IMG/VR virus record: IMGVR_UViG_2772190757_000004
Coordinates: 6,396-70,395 of that record
Strand: one strand, 5' to 3'
Length of the DNA stretch: 64,000 nucleotides
From: a virus
Taxonomy: Duplodnaviria; Caudoviricetes
Shown here piece after piece: positions 26,873 through 36,691 of the stretch. Every line of letters starts with the position of its first letter. Position 1 is the stretch's first letter. The notes under the pieces are model-generated. The model saw only the letters and a list, made by a program, of their open reading frames with translations, was not told the DNA's origin and did no database searches. Position numbers and translations under genes: made by a program.

Positions 26873-27292
26873 CTACCGCTTCCCCTGCCACTTGCGGACC
26901 GTCATCCGGTCGACGCCGAGTTCGCGCGCGACGTGCGATTCGGATTGGCCGGCGCGAAGTGCCTTGATGCCGAGCGTTTCGGCTTCGAGCATCACCTCGT
27001 CGACGGCGCGGCGGGCATCGGCGAGCCTGCGCCCCGCTGTAGAGAGGTCTGCGCGGGCCCACATCGCGGCGTCGAAATCGCGTCGTTCGCCATCGATGAG
27101 GGTGGCAGTGTATTGGTGTCCGCGCTCCGTGCGGCCCCAGTGGATGCCGCGGTCGGTGTCGGTGGGTACGTTGAGGCGCTGAGCCTCGAGTCCTCGGGCG
27201 GCGTTTTCGTAGCTGCTGTAGGTCTGTTCGTCGGGCTCGGGCGGGGTGAATCCGGGGCGGCGCGATGTGACTGTGATGGCGACGGTGATCAT
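26873..27292 (-). CDS. HTH protein (self-contained cassette)
   Basis: C-terminal GQSESHVARELGVDRMTVRKW. Confidence 0.75.
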   Translation of the reverse strand: MITVAITVTSRRPGFTPPEPDEQTYSSYENAARGLEAQRLNVPTDTDRGIHWGRTERGHQYTATLIDGERRDFDAAMWARADLSTAGRRLADARRAVDEVMLEAETLGIKALRAGQSESHVARELGVDRMTVRKWQGKR

Positions 27293-27324
27293 GTGAATTC
27301 CCCTTGTGCCGATGCGTTCATTGT

Positions 27325-27363
27325 TGTAGACCAGTCTACATACCGTCTGTAGATTCGTCTACA
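27325..27363. promoter_or_regulatory. Two palindromic operators TGTAGA-N4-TCTACA overlapping a promoter
   Basis: TGTAGACCAGTCTACA (27325-27340) and TGTAGATTCGTCTACA (27348-27363); minus-strand -10-like TAGACT. Confidence 0.7.
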
Positions 27364-27396
27364 ATTCGAACTTGACGCGGTGGCGACACTCAGAAC

Positions 27397-27597
27397 GTGA
27401 GAACACAGCAATGCCCCGTTTGCTGGCAAACGGTAGAAGTACGCAATAACGGTCTGCGGCCGATCAACGACGACGGCCGGACCAGCCCATGGGTCTACGT
27501 GTCACATCTGCGCGACGATGTCCGCGGTGGAGTCACGTTCCGGGTCGAATGCCCAGGCAGCGGCAAGAACCGATACATGGCCGAGAACAGCTGGTAG
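27397..27597 (+). CDS. Small Zn-ribbon protein
   Basis: CPVC...H...CPGSG; only plus-strand gene in this part, followed by a hairpin. Confidence 0.55.
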   Translation: MRTQQCPVCWQTVEVRNNGLRPINDDGRTSPWVYVSHLRDDVRGGVTFRVECPGSGKNRYMAENSW

Positions 27598-27605
27598 TCC
27601 GACAA

Positions 27606-27640
27606 CTAAGGCCACCCCAACCTAGGAGGGGTGGCCTTAG
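27606..27640. terminator. 13-bp stem hairpin between convergent genes
   Basis: CTAAGGCCACCCC / GGGGTGGCCTTAG. Confidence 0.7.
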
Positions 27641-27876
27641 GATCTGCGCGCGCGAGGCTCGCTGGTAGTGCACTTGCGGGTTGCAGATCCAGGGTAGCGG
27701 GGTTACACCGACGAACTCGAGCCGCCGCGCATGATGCCCTCGACCACTCGCATCAGCAGCGGGGATCGACTTCCCCAGCCACGCTCGATCTCGAGGTAAC
27801 CGCGCTTATCGGCTGCGACGTCATCCCAGCTGCATTCGCCGCGAAGGAAACGGGCGGTAATCGCGTCAGGCTTGCC

Positions 27877-28077
27877 GCTCATGGGTTCGATCCTCCCGTC
27901 TTGGCCACGGCAGCTAGCACTGCCGCAACGATCGCTGGCCGCGCCTGCGCGAGCGAAGCTCCGGGCCACTTCCGCTCCAGATCATCGAGTGCGCGGACAG
28001 CAGCAGCGGGAACCTCACGGCCATCTGCGAGAGTCAGCATTTCCTGATTGCCGGTGCTCATGGGTTCGATCCTCCCG
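27877..28077. repeat. 22-bp direct repeat flanking a 60-aa gene
   Basis: GCTCATGGGTTCGATCCTCCCG at 27877-27898 and 28056-28077. Confidence 0.85.
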
Positions 28078-28711
28078 CGTCGATGACCGCGACAACAGCT
28101 TCAGCGATCTTGCCCCATCGGGGTTCGCCATCAACACGACCCCATTCCCGATCCCAGTAGCCGTTGCCGTCGATCTCGCCGGTCTCGTGCTGGCGGTCGA
28201 GTTCATCGAAGATCGCGGTGCAGACCTGGCGGGCTCGTTCGTCGCTCACGCTGTTCCTCTCGATCGTCCGTCGGCAGCCAATACAGTCGCAACATGCTGC
28301 GCCCACTGCTTCGGCTCGTCATCGAACCGGTAGCCGCACGCACACTCACGCCATTCGCGCCCCGTGTCCACATCGAGCATGTCGTACGGGTAGTGGCCTT
28401 CCAGTAACTCGGCCAACGCTTCGATGCGGAATCGCCATGTACGTATCCGCTCCGCGCCGCTCTTGATGAGCATCTGGAGGATCGGGACGCCAGCCTCTAT
28501 GTACCGCTGGATAACTGCTCCGAAGCGGCTCATGGCTTCTCCGTCTCGTCGGCTCGCCATTCGGACTCGTGACGCTCGTACAAGCGCTCGACCGGCCAGC
28601 CGGTGCGCTGCGACTCCCGGTGTACCTCGTCGGGGTCGCTGGTCTCCATCCAAAGCTCGCCGTCCGGTTGGAGGATGCGGTACCAGCGGCCGGGCTGGAA
28701 GCCGTCGTCGC

Positions 28712-29061
28712 TCACGGTGCTCCTCTTCCGGCTGATTCGAAGGCGGGCTGATACGCCCGCGCATAGTCGCCCCATCGCTCCTCGTACTCGAAGGTAGGGC
28801 GAATCACCTCCGTGGCGAAGCGTTCGCCGCAGGCGATCAGCACCACCCGGTCGGGGTGCCTCCACTGGACCGAATCCATCAGCGCTTGCAATTCGCGTAG
28901 ATGGCGCCCGTGTAGTTGCGGGTGCCACCCGCCTCGCTGGTGTCGATTTTTTGGAGGGTGTCGTGGAACCGTTCGATGCCAGCGATCTTCTCCAGGAACG
29001 GTTCCAGGCCCTTATCGCCTGAATAGTCGATACACAACGTCAAGGCGGTGACGTGGCTCAT
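28712..29061 (-). pseudogene. Frameshifted hypothetical gene
   Basis: MSHVT...AGGTRNYTGAIY stops early; another frame continues LRELQALMDSVQWRHPDRVVLI and couples to the next gene. Confidence 0.5.
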
Positions 29062-29350
29062 GCGGGTGTCCCTCCCTCGGTGTCGGTGGGCTGGGGTAGT
29101 CCCCTCGCCTCGGCAGTCAACATCAGCAGCTGCTTCACCGTGGGCGAGGTGTCGCGCGTAATCGTCGCCTCGACGCTCCATCGGCATTCGTCGCAGCCGC
29201 CGATCATGCGCATGTCGTTGCGGCCGCGCATCACATCCACGACGAGAACCGTGTCGAGGGTGCAGCCCGCGTCCTTCGTCTGCCAATCCAGGTCTCCACC
29301 GCATCCAGGGCAGGACATGGCCCGGCACAGCACGTTGTCGAACATGCCCA

Positions 29351-30241
29351 TCAGGTCGCCTCCGTCTCGTCGGCGGGCTCGGATGGATTGGCCAGTGGCG
29401 GCACACTTGCTCGCTGCCGCACCTCATTCAGCTCCTCTACAAGCCATACGAACAGGTCGCTGGTTGCACGTCCGGCTAGATAGTTGGCCGTTTGCAAGTC
29501 GACCTCACCGCCCTCGTATACGACCTTCATGATCGCGCTGACGAGCTTGTTCGGATCGACGCCGCCGACCGCGCGGCGCGGGAAACTGTTCAGACCCGGC
29601 GGCGGGCTCACTGCGGCCCCTTCGGCGGGCTCGGTGTAGATACCGGCCAGGATCGCCAGGGCAATTTCGATGCCGTCGACAGTGGCCTCAGCGAAGGCGT
29701 TATCGCGCGCCGCCCCTTCAGCGGCCAGCCGATCACGCTCGGCGATCACCTTCCGTATCGCCTCTACGTGACGGAGGACGCGATCAGGGTCATGGCGGGC
29801 AATATGTACACCGTCTCGTGGATCGTGCGTTTCCGCGTGCAGTCCGCCGTACTCGCCGGTGTCTGAGACCCGGCCTTCTGCGTACACCCATTCGCGTTCG
29901 GCCGATGTGCCGCTGGTGGCCGTCGCGATTCGTTCGTCCTTTTCGAGTCCGGCCAACAGCCGGGCGAGGACATCCTCGATGGTCACGATTTGGATCCTTC
30001 CACTGCCGCTCCGGTGGGTCCGTTGAATTCGGTCACCGCCGTACCGCCAGGCTGATCGCGCGGACCAGGGTCGCCCAGTCCCCACCCGATCCCGCAACGA
30101 CCGGCGCTCGGGCTTGTCGGGTTCGATCGGCGGGGCCGCGACGACCGGCCGCGCCGCGGCGGAACGCTCGGCGCGCTTCTTCTCCAGCAGCTCCTCGTGG
30201 TCGACGAAGGCCTGCCAGAACGGCGGCCTGGTAGCGGTCAT
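29351..30241 (-). CDS. Fused ORF including a DUF6221-like module
   Basis: LLAGLEKDERIA...HIARHDPDRVLRHVEA...LAILAGIY; internal RBS+GTG at 29986. Confidence 0.55.
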   Translation of the reverse strand: MTATRPPFWQAFVDHEELLEKKRAERSAAARPVVAAPPIEPDKPERRSLRDRVGTGRPWSARSAWRYGGDRIQRTHRSGSGRIQIVTIEDVLARLLAGLEKDERIATATSGTSAEREWVYAEGRVSDTGEYGGLHAETHDPRDGVHIARHDPDRVLRHVEAIRKVIAERDRLAAEGAARDNAFAEATVDGIEIALAILAGIYTEPAEGAAVSPPPGLNSFPRRAVGGVDPNKLVSAIMKVVYEGGEVDLQTANYLAGRATSDLFVWLVEELNEVRQRASVPPLANPSEPADETEAT

Positions 30242-30621
30242 GTGTCCTCCTCGGCGACTGGCTGGCCGTATCCGGCTCGGCGCAGTAGGTGCAGGAACTC
30301 CCACATCGGCATCACGGCCAGTTGTTCGCCGGCCTCGCCGACGCCGCGGCGTTTCACCGCCAGGAATCCCACCTCCGCCCGGGCGGTCTTGACCTGCTGG
30401 CGGAGATCGTGGATCCACTGTGTCCAGTTCGTGGCACCCCAGTTCTTAGCTTGGGCGATCACGCCGGGTGCGACACCGACGACGGGGTCGAGGTGGATGT
30501 CCCCGCCGTCGCGCTGATAGCCGGCTCGGGTGGTTTCGGCGTGCGGGAACCCTGTGAGGCGGTAGTAGTCACGCTGGGAGCGCTCGAACTCAGATCCCTT
30601 GCGTTTGTTGCTATTCGCCAT
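30238..30621 (-). CDS. Holliday junction resolvase-like PD-(D/E)XK nuclease
   Basis: KRKGSEFER, GGDI, QAKN motifs. Confidence 0.7.
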   Translation of the reverse strand: MANSNKRKGSEFERSQRDYYRLTGFPHAETTRAGYQRDGGDIHLDPVVGVAPGVIAQAKNWGATNWTQWIHDLRQQVKTARAEVGFLAVKRRGVGEAGEQLAVMPMWEFLHLLRRAGYGQPVAEEDT

Positions 30622-32251
30622 CGGTCGCCTCGATTCGTCCAGTGTCGTAGAACGCCTTCAGCACTGCCGCGTCGAATACGTCGTAGCCACGGTCAACGTC
30701 GTCTTGCGGCCAGCGGCCGATGCGACACAGATAGAGTCCGCCATCTGCTTCGATGGTGGCGAAGAACGAGAGCCGTCCGCGCTCCCATTCCAGGGCGATG
30801 CCGCCATCGTGGTCGGCTAACGGCTCAAGGTCGGCCGGAATGGCGCCGTTGAACTCGGCCGCCAGGCTGGCGTACGCGGCGAACACGCGCGGCGGGATCG
30901 CCTTGCTAGCAGGCCCGTCCCAGCCATCCTGTAGTTGTTCGAGGTCAGACAGTTTTGCCATCGGTCACCTCCTGCCATGCCGTGAGGTACCGCTCCAGCT
31001 CGGCTGGGCGTCCGCGAATGAACCCGGTGACGCGCTGGCTGTGGTCCGGGAGCAGTCCCGCCTGTTCGATTGCGTCGGTCAGGATGACAGCGAGGGCCTT
31101 GTGCCGCGGGGACAGCGGCGCCAGTCCACTGGGCAGGGTGACGGTTCCTGTCGCGGCGTCGACCGTCAGGTCGCCGTACAGTGCCAGCCCGGTAGCCAGG
31201 GTCTCGATGTGGACAGCCCGGATCCGTTCGGCAGGAGCCATGGCGGCGGTCGAGTTGCTGTCGGTAGGTTCAGGCATGATGATCGGCCCCTATCCGTACG
31301 AGCAGTTCAGATGCCAGCCGGGACCACCCTCAGGCACCTTCAGCTCAAGTAGTTCGACGAACCGATTAAGTTGATCAACCCATTCCGGATCAGCGACAAG
31401 CGGCTTTAACTGCGTGGAACCGTAGGTCGTTTGAACCGATGCCTTCACGCGTACGCAATTCAGCTCGTATTCGTAACCGAAGCTATCGATCTCGATCGTG
31501 AGGTCGGCCAGCAACTCCCGTCGGCGCTCGCGGCTCGCCTCATATTCCTGGTACGCAGCTGAGGACTTCTCGTAGTCTGCCTCGATCCGCTGCCGTTCGT
31601 CGTCCGGCAGGGCGTAGTCAGTCTCCGGGTAGTCTGCCGGAAATGGGACGCTCACCCAGCCGAGGCGAGCCGCGTACGCGTCTTCCCAGTCGAATTCGCC
31701 GTCTTCGTCTTGTTCGAGCCACCAGTCCGGCTCGTATTCGTCGCCGAGGTCGTATCCGAAATACACGTCAGCGCTGAGCGATCTACCCATGTCATTCCCT
31801 CCTGGATTGATGTGCCGCTTCGGCGGCGGCGATGCGTTCTTGGTGTGGTCCGCCGAGGCGGATGATCGGCGAGTACACGCCAAGGGTGCAGCGACGCCCA
31901 GGCGGTGCCTCGCACTGCGGGCACAGCACCGACAGCGGGTCAGGGCGGTAGTCGTCGAGGCGGTAGACAGTGGCGGTCATCGCGGCATCCCTTTCCAGCT
32001 GCGTTCGTAGTCTTCTTGCATGAACCACAGTGGGCAGCCGGGCATCTCGGAATCCCCTGGACGAACTTGGATGCCATCCGTCTTGGTAATGACGATGCCG
32101 TCCGGCGTGAGATTCCAATAGGCGGCGAACGGTCGCGGCCCTATGGAGGGGTCGACCAGGTAGGCGAGGTGTCGGATTTTCTTCGCGGTGCCCGTCCTCG
32201 CGACCTCAAGCTTCTCGGCTAGGCGGTGCAGGCTCCACATGATCTTCGCCG

Positions 32252-32788
32252 TCACGGCTGTGCCTCCCGGACCTCGGCCAAAACACGGGCCAGGGTGTCG
32301 ATCACGTCCACCAGGCCGCCATCAGCCTGCGAGACGACGCCGCGGACCCAGTCGCTATTGACGACCTTCGGCGGCTCGCCCGCCTCGTAGCTGAACAGGG
32401 TGGCGGCGCGTAGCTCGGCGACTTCGTCTGGCGTCGGGTACCCGAGTGGGGGACGCTGCGCGGCCTCCAGCTCGGCGACGCGGCACTCCATGGCGAGCAC
32501 CGCTGCGGCCGCCTTGGCTCTATCGGATTCGACCTGCGCCTCCATCTCGGCGAGCCGCTCGAGGATCAGCGGGAACAGGTTCCGCATCCGGGCGATCAGC
32601 CGTGCGTCCTCGTCGCGGAGGACCATGTCCACGACCGCCGCGCCGGGTTCGGCTTGCGACGCTGGAACGTCCGCCGTTTGGATACACCGGCCACCGATCA
32701 TGTCGTTCAGGCACGAGTACCACAGGCCTGGTGTGAGGGCGGCGTCGATCGCTTTCCCCTCGGCGATCAGGTCACGGTCAGTGGGCAT
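32252..32788 (-). CDS. Ead/Ea22-like protein
   Basis: AALTPGLW...EDARLIARMRNLFPLILERL. Confidence 0.55.
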   Translation of the reverse strand: MPTDRDLIAEGKAIDAALTPGLWYSCLNDMIGGRCIQTADVPASQAEPGAAVVDMVLRDEDARLIARMRNLFPLILERLAEMEAQVESDRAKAAAAVLAMECRVAELEAAQRPPLGYPTPDEVAELRAATLFSYEAGEPPKVVNSDWVRGVVSQADGGLVDVIDTLARVLAEVREAQP

Positions 32789-34685
32789 CGGACACCTCCG
32801 AGATGATGAACTCCCTGATATGGGTCCTCATCCGGAAAGACCCCGTCGCTACCTCTCTGCCATCCCGCTCGTCGTCCCATTCAAGGCTGCCGCCGCATTC
32901 GTGGTCGGCAGCCCCCTTCGCTTCGTCTATCGAGTCATAGACGCCGATCCTCCAGCTGCCGGGGTCGATAAAGTATTCGCGAAGTTCGAATCTGACCGGT
33001 TCAGCGGTCGCCCGCTCGTCACTCATCGCGGCTCTCCGTCCCCGGCGACCAGCTCGCTCAGTGAGGCCGAGATCTGGTCCAGCCGCTTCATGTCGCAGTC
33101 TGGACACCAATGCGGTCCCCACTTCGTCCCGGCAGGTTGGCCGCAGTCAACGCATGGCTGTCCTGATGGCACTTGGCACACATGACCCTGCGTCCCTTGA
33201 CAATTCGGGTGGCTCATTCGGCACCGTCCTCGAGGAGCGGGGCCGGGCTGATCGGCACGCCTTTGCAGGTGTCGCAGTCCGGCTGACGTCCTTCGGGATA
33301 CCCGCAGTCCGAACAGCGGACAGGTGCGGGCTCGGCCGGGTGTGGTGTCCACGGGCTACTCCACGTCTCCCGTGACACCACCGGCCGTCCACTCCAGATC
33401 CGCTCCGATCGGTAGCGGGCGACGTCCTCGCTTCTGCACACCTCGACGAGAGTCGTGTCGGTCCAGTGGGTTTGGACGCCGTACTCGGTGACGATGTCGG
33501 AGCGGGGGATCACCAGATGCTCGGCTTCGACGGCTTCGGCGACATGCCACGCCCACGAGGAGATTGAGATGTAGGTCTCCCCGCACGCGCATTCGAGGCG
33601 GTCCTCATCGACGTCTGGGGTCTCGGTCGTGTGTGCGGCGAGAACCGCCATCAATGTGTTCGACGGGTCGCTCATTCGGTGTCCGCCTTCTCGGCTGGGA
33701 TGGCGAGGACCTCGGCAGGCCAGGCCAGGTACTCGATGTCCCGAACTCCCTGCATGTTCGTGAGGCACGCACCCCTGAGGCCACTCTCATGAGTGGCGAG
33801 GAATCCCGCCCAGCCCATTCGGTCGCGGAACACCGTGCCGTCCGGGAACGCCAGCAGTTCTTCGAGATTCCCCGCCTTGAGGGCGGGGCGCCGGTAGGCG
33901 ACGAGAGCATCGAGGAGTTCGGTGTCGGCGAGCAGGCGCTCGGCGATCGGCACGTAGTGGTCGGCGAGCCGGAACCCATGGGAGGTCCGCCGGTCACCTT
34001 CCCGCTTCAGCGCGGCGGCGAGCCGATCCACGATCCCCGCATTGCCGCCTGCTGCGTCCACTGACGAACGATCGGGCATGGTCTCGAGTCCTTGGGTGGG
34101 GCGGTGACATTCGCAGCGGCAGGGACGCGCACAGGTCTTGCATGTCTTGCGGCAGTCGTCGTGGTTCTCGTGCCAGCAGTACGTCGACAGGTAGTCGTGC
34201 ACGCCACGGTTCGTCGTCTGTGTCATGCCGCACCGTCCTCGACGAGCCGGTACCCGGTAGAGGTCGGATGCAGACGGTCGAGTTTGATCCGGACCGTCCG
34301 CCACCGCTTCGCGCGCTCGCCGCCAGGCTCGGTCTCCACCGAGCAGACCGCGCGGGGCTCAACGTCGTCCGTGAACGACAAGACGCGCAACGTGCGGCCC
34401 GCGCTACGCGGATCGTTGTCCGCCCAGGTTTGCCCGACACGGATCTCCGTGCCGTACTTGTTGACCGGCGCGTTCATGCCACACGCTCCGGGGTGATCGC
34501 CGCCAGGTACTCCGCGAACAACTCGTGCACCCGATCCCGCACCTGCCGCAACTCCTCCACCGACCACTCCCGCGCACCAGGCGGGCCGTTGAGGATCAGC
34601 TCCACCTCGACGTGCGAGACGCCGCGGTCGAGTTTCTCGCGCACCACCTTCAGGGCGGCGGTGTCGGTTTCGTTCCGCGACAGCG

Positions 34686-35012
34686 TCATTCGCCCGCCTC
34701 CGCATCACGCAGCGCCTGCATGTCGGCGATGAACCGGATCGCCATCGCCGCCACCTGCTGCGCCTCGGCCATCGCCTCCGCCCACCGGTCGGCCTTGATG
34801 TCGTCCCACATCTCGTCGACCTCCTCCCGGAGGATCGCCCAACCCTCGTGCATGGAGTTCATCGGCGGGAACTTTGTGATCGCGCGATTGAGTTCGCCGA
34901 GGACATCACCGGCGATGCCGTGGTGTGCCACCGACAGCCGGGTGAATTCGCTCTCGGGCGCGGACTCGGTGATGCCGTGCATCAGACGGGCGCCCATTCC
35001 TGGTGTGCTCAT
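34686..35012 (-). CDS. MazG-like nucleotide pyrophosphohydrolase
   Basis: HEGWAILREEVDEMW...EAQQVAAMAIRF. Confidence 0.65.
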   Translation of the reverse strand: MSTPGMGARLMHGITESAPESEFTRLSVAHHGIAGDVLGELNRAITKFPPMNSMHEGWAILREEVDEMWDDIKADRWAEAMAEAQQVAAMAIRFIADMQALRDAEAGE

Positions 35013-35197
35013 TGCTGGTTCTCTCTTTCGTCAGCGTCGATTGCTGCTTGCGCACGGGCGGAAGGGGTCCGCTCGGCGAAGTCGTTGTCGTGCACCGTCC
35101 CCGCGATCAGGTGCGGTTTGTGCTCCAGGCACGGGATCGCCAGCCACGGCGACAGCGCGGGTCGCGGCATGTCGGGCTTTCGGGCTCCCCATAGCGG

Positions 35198-35707
35198 TCA
35201 GGCATCGCCGATCACCTCGTTCAACGGGCGAGCGAAGCCCGGCATCTCCACCGCGCGCCGCACCTTCGGCAACTGCTGGCGCTCCTGTAGGCGGCGCCGG
35301 AACTCCGTGGCCTGCTGCTCGGTCAGCTGGAGTTGCGGCTCGCGGCCCAACGCCACCCGGCGAGCGAACCGATGCGCCTCCGGAGGTGAGATCCCCATGT
35401 CCTGCAGGACGTAGTTCGCTTCCTCCATCAGCTCGCGTTGCTCGTCGGTCAGTGCCTTGAGCTGCTCGAAGTAGGCGGCGCGGGCATGGCGCACGATCGA
35501 GGCCGGCAACGGCCGGAACCCTTCCTCGGCCATCCGGTAGGCGCGGGCCACGCCAGACAGGAGGTCTTCGCGGGAAAGCCCTGATTCGCCGAACACCTCC
35601 GCCCAGGCCAGGACGGTTGATTCGCCACCGTGCGGAAACCACGGGTCGTTCGCGGCGCACTTGGCCAGGACGAGCGCCGCGGTCGCCCGATCGTCGTCGC
35701 TGATCAT
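35198..35707 (-). CDS. Helicase loader/inhibitor-like replication protein
   Basis: Follows initiator; LAKCAANDPWFP, VLAWAE, RPLPASI. Confidence 0.55.
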   Translation of the reverse strand: MISDDDRATAALVLAKCAANDPWFPHGGESTVLAWAEVFGESGLSREDLLSGVARAYRMAEEGFRPLPASIVRHARAAYFEQLKALTDEQRELMEEANYVLQDMGISPPEAHRFARRVALGREPQLQLTEQQATEFRRRLQERQQLPKVRRAVEMPGFARPLNEVIGDA

Positions 35708-36552
35708 GAGATGAGTTCCTTCTGCTGGTCTGGGCGGTCTTTGCCGAGGTCGAGCCACCCTTGGACCTTCTGGTCGGCGCGGGATGGACCGGGTTGCGAC
35801 TCGGCTGGGCGGGCGCGAGCGTGGACGTTTTCGCCGGCGCGGCGGATCCAGTTGCGCCATGTGGCAGTCCAATCCGCCTTGCATCCCCTGCTGCCGGGTT
35901 GGGACTTCCAGTGGTCGACGAACTTCGCGTGCTCGGCACGGAGATCGACGCTCGGGCATTCCTCACGCATCTGCCGGATCACCTCGGTGTCCGGTTCCCA
36001 ACCGTCGGGGAGTCGATGCCCTCGGGCAGCGGCGGCGCGCGTTCGCGCCTCTCCCTTATTGCTCCCTTTAGGGAGCGGTCGGGTCGGGTCGGGTCGGGTC
36101 GGGTCGGGGGTCTCGGACTCCGGTTGTGACACCGGCGGGACGGACGGGGTTGTCCCCGTGGGACATGCCCCGGACGCGGTGTCGTCTGCCTGCGCAGACT
36201 TACCGGACGCTGACGCCTTTCGGGATTCGCGCCACTTTCGTTTGCGCTCGGCTTCTTTCGCTCTTTCGTCGAGTACCTCGGCGCGAGTCGGCTGGTACTT
36301 CCCCCATCCGAGGAATTGCCAACCGCCCTCGACCGTTTCCCACAGCCCCGATTGCACGAGATGTTCGGCCAGTGACGGCGTCCCGCCGAGGTCTTCGAGA
36401 ACATAGGCGGGCACGAATCCGTCGGTCAGTTCCTTGGCGCACCAGGTCCCAGCGATCGTCCACAGCCCAACGGCTTGGCAGCGGTACCGGCGGGGAATGC
36501 GGAGGACGGCCTTTGAAGTAGCGAATCCGTCGTCGACCTTGAACCAAGGCAC
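35704..36552 (-). CDS. Phage replication initiator (RepA-like)
   Basis: PWFKVDDGF, AVGLW..AGTW..KELTDGFVP, PDPTRPDPTRP, KFVDHW..KADWTATWRNWIRRA. Confidence 0.8.
   Translation of the reverse strand: MPWFKVDDGFATSKAVLRIPRRYRCQAVGLWTIAGTWCAKELTDGFVPAYVLEDLGGTPSLAEHLVQSGLWETVEGGWQFLGWGKYQPTRAEVLDERAKEAERKRKWRESRKASASGKSAQADDTASGACPTGTTPSVPPVSQPESETPDPTRPDPTRPLPKGSNKGEARTRAAAARGHRLPDGWEPDTEVIRQMREECPSVDLRAEHAKFVDHWKSQPGSRGCKADWTATWRNWIRRAGENVHARARPAESQPGPSRADQKVQGWLDLGKDRPDQQKELIS
36076..36170. repeat. (GGTCG)n tract and GGGAC/GTCCC motifs within rep gene (candidate origin)
   Basis: GGTCG repeated six times at ~36076-36106; TGTCCCCGTGGGACA inverted repeat near 36151. Confidence 0.55.
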
Positions 36553-36691
36553 TAGGCCACCTCCTGGTTGACGACCTCGGCGAGCTGCCGGGCGAGACCG
36601 CGGCTTATCAACGCCTCCATGAACGCTCGGCTGATGCCGTCGACGTTGCCGTTCGAGAAGCCCGTGCCGGGTAGCAGGATGCAGGTGCGGG

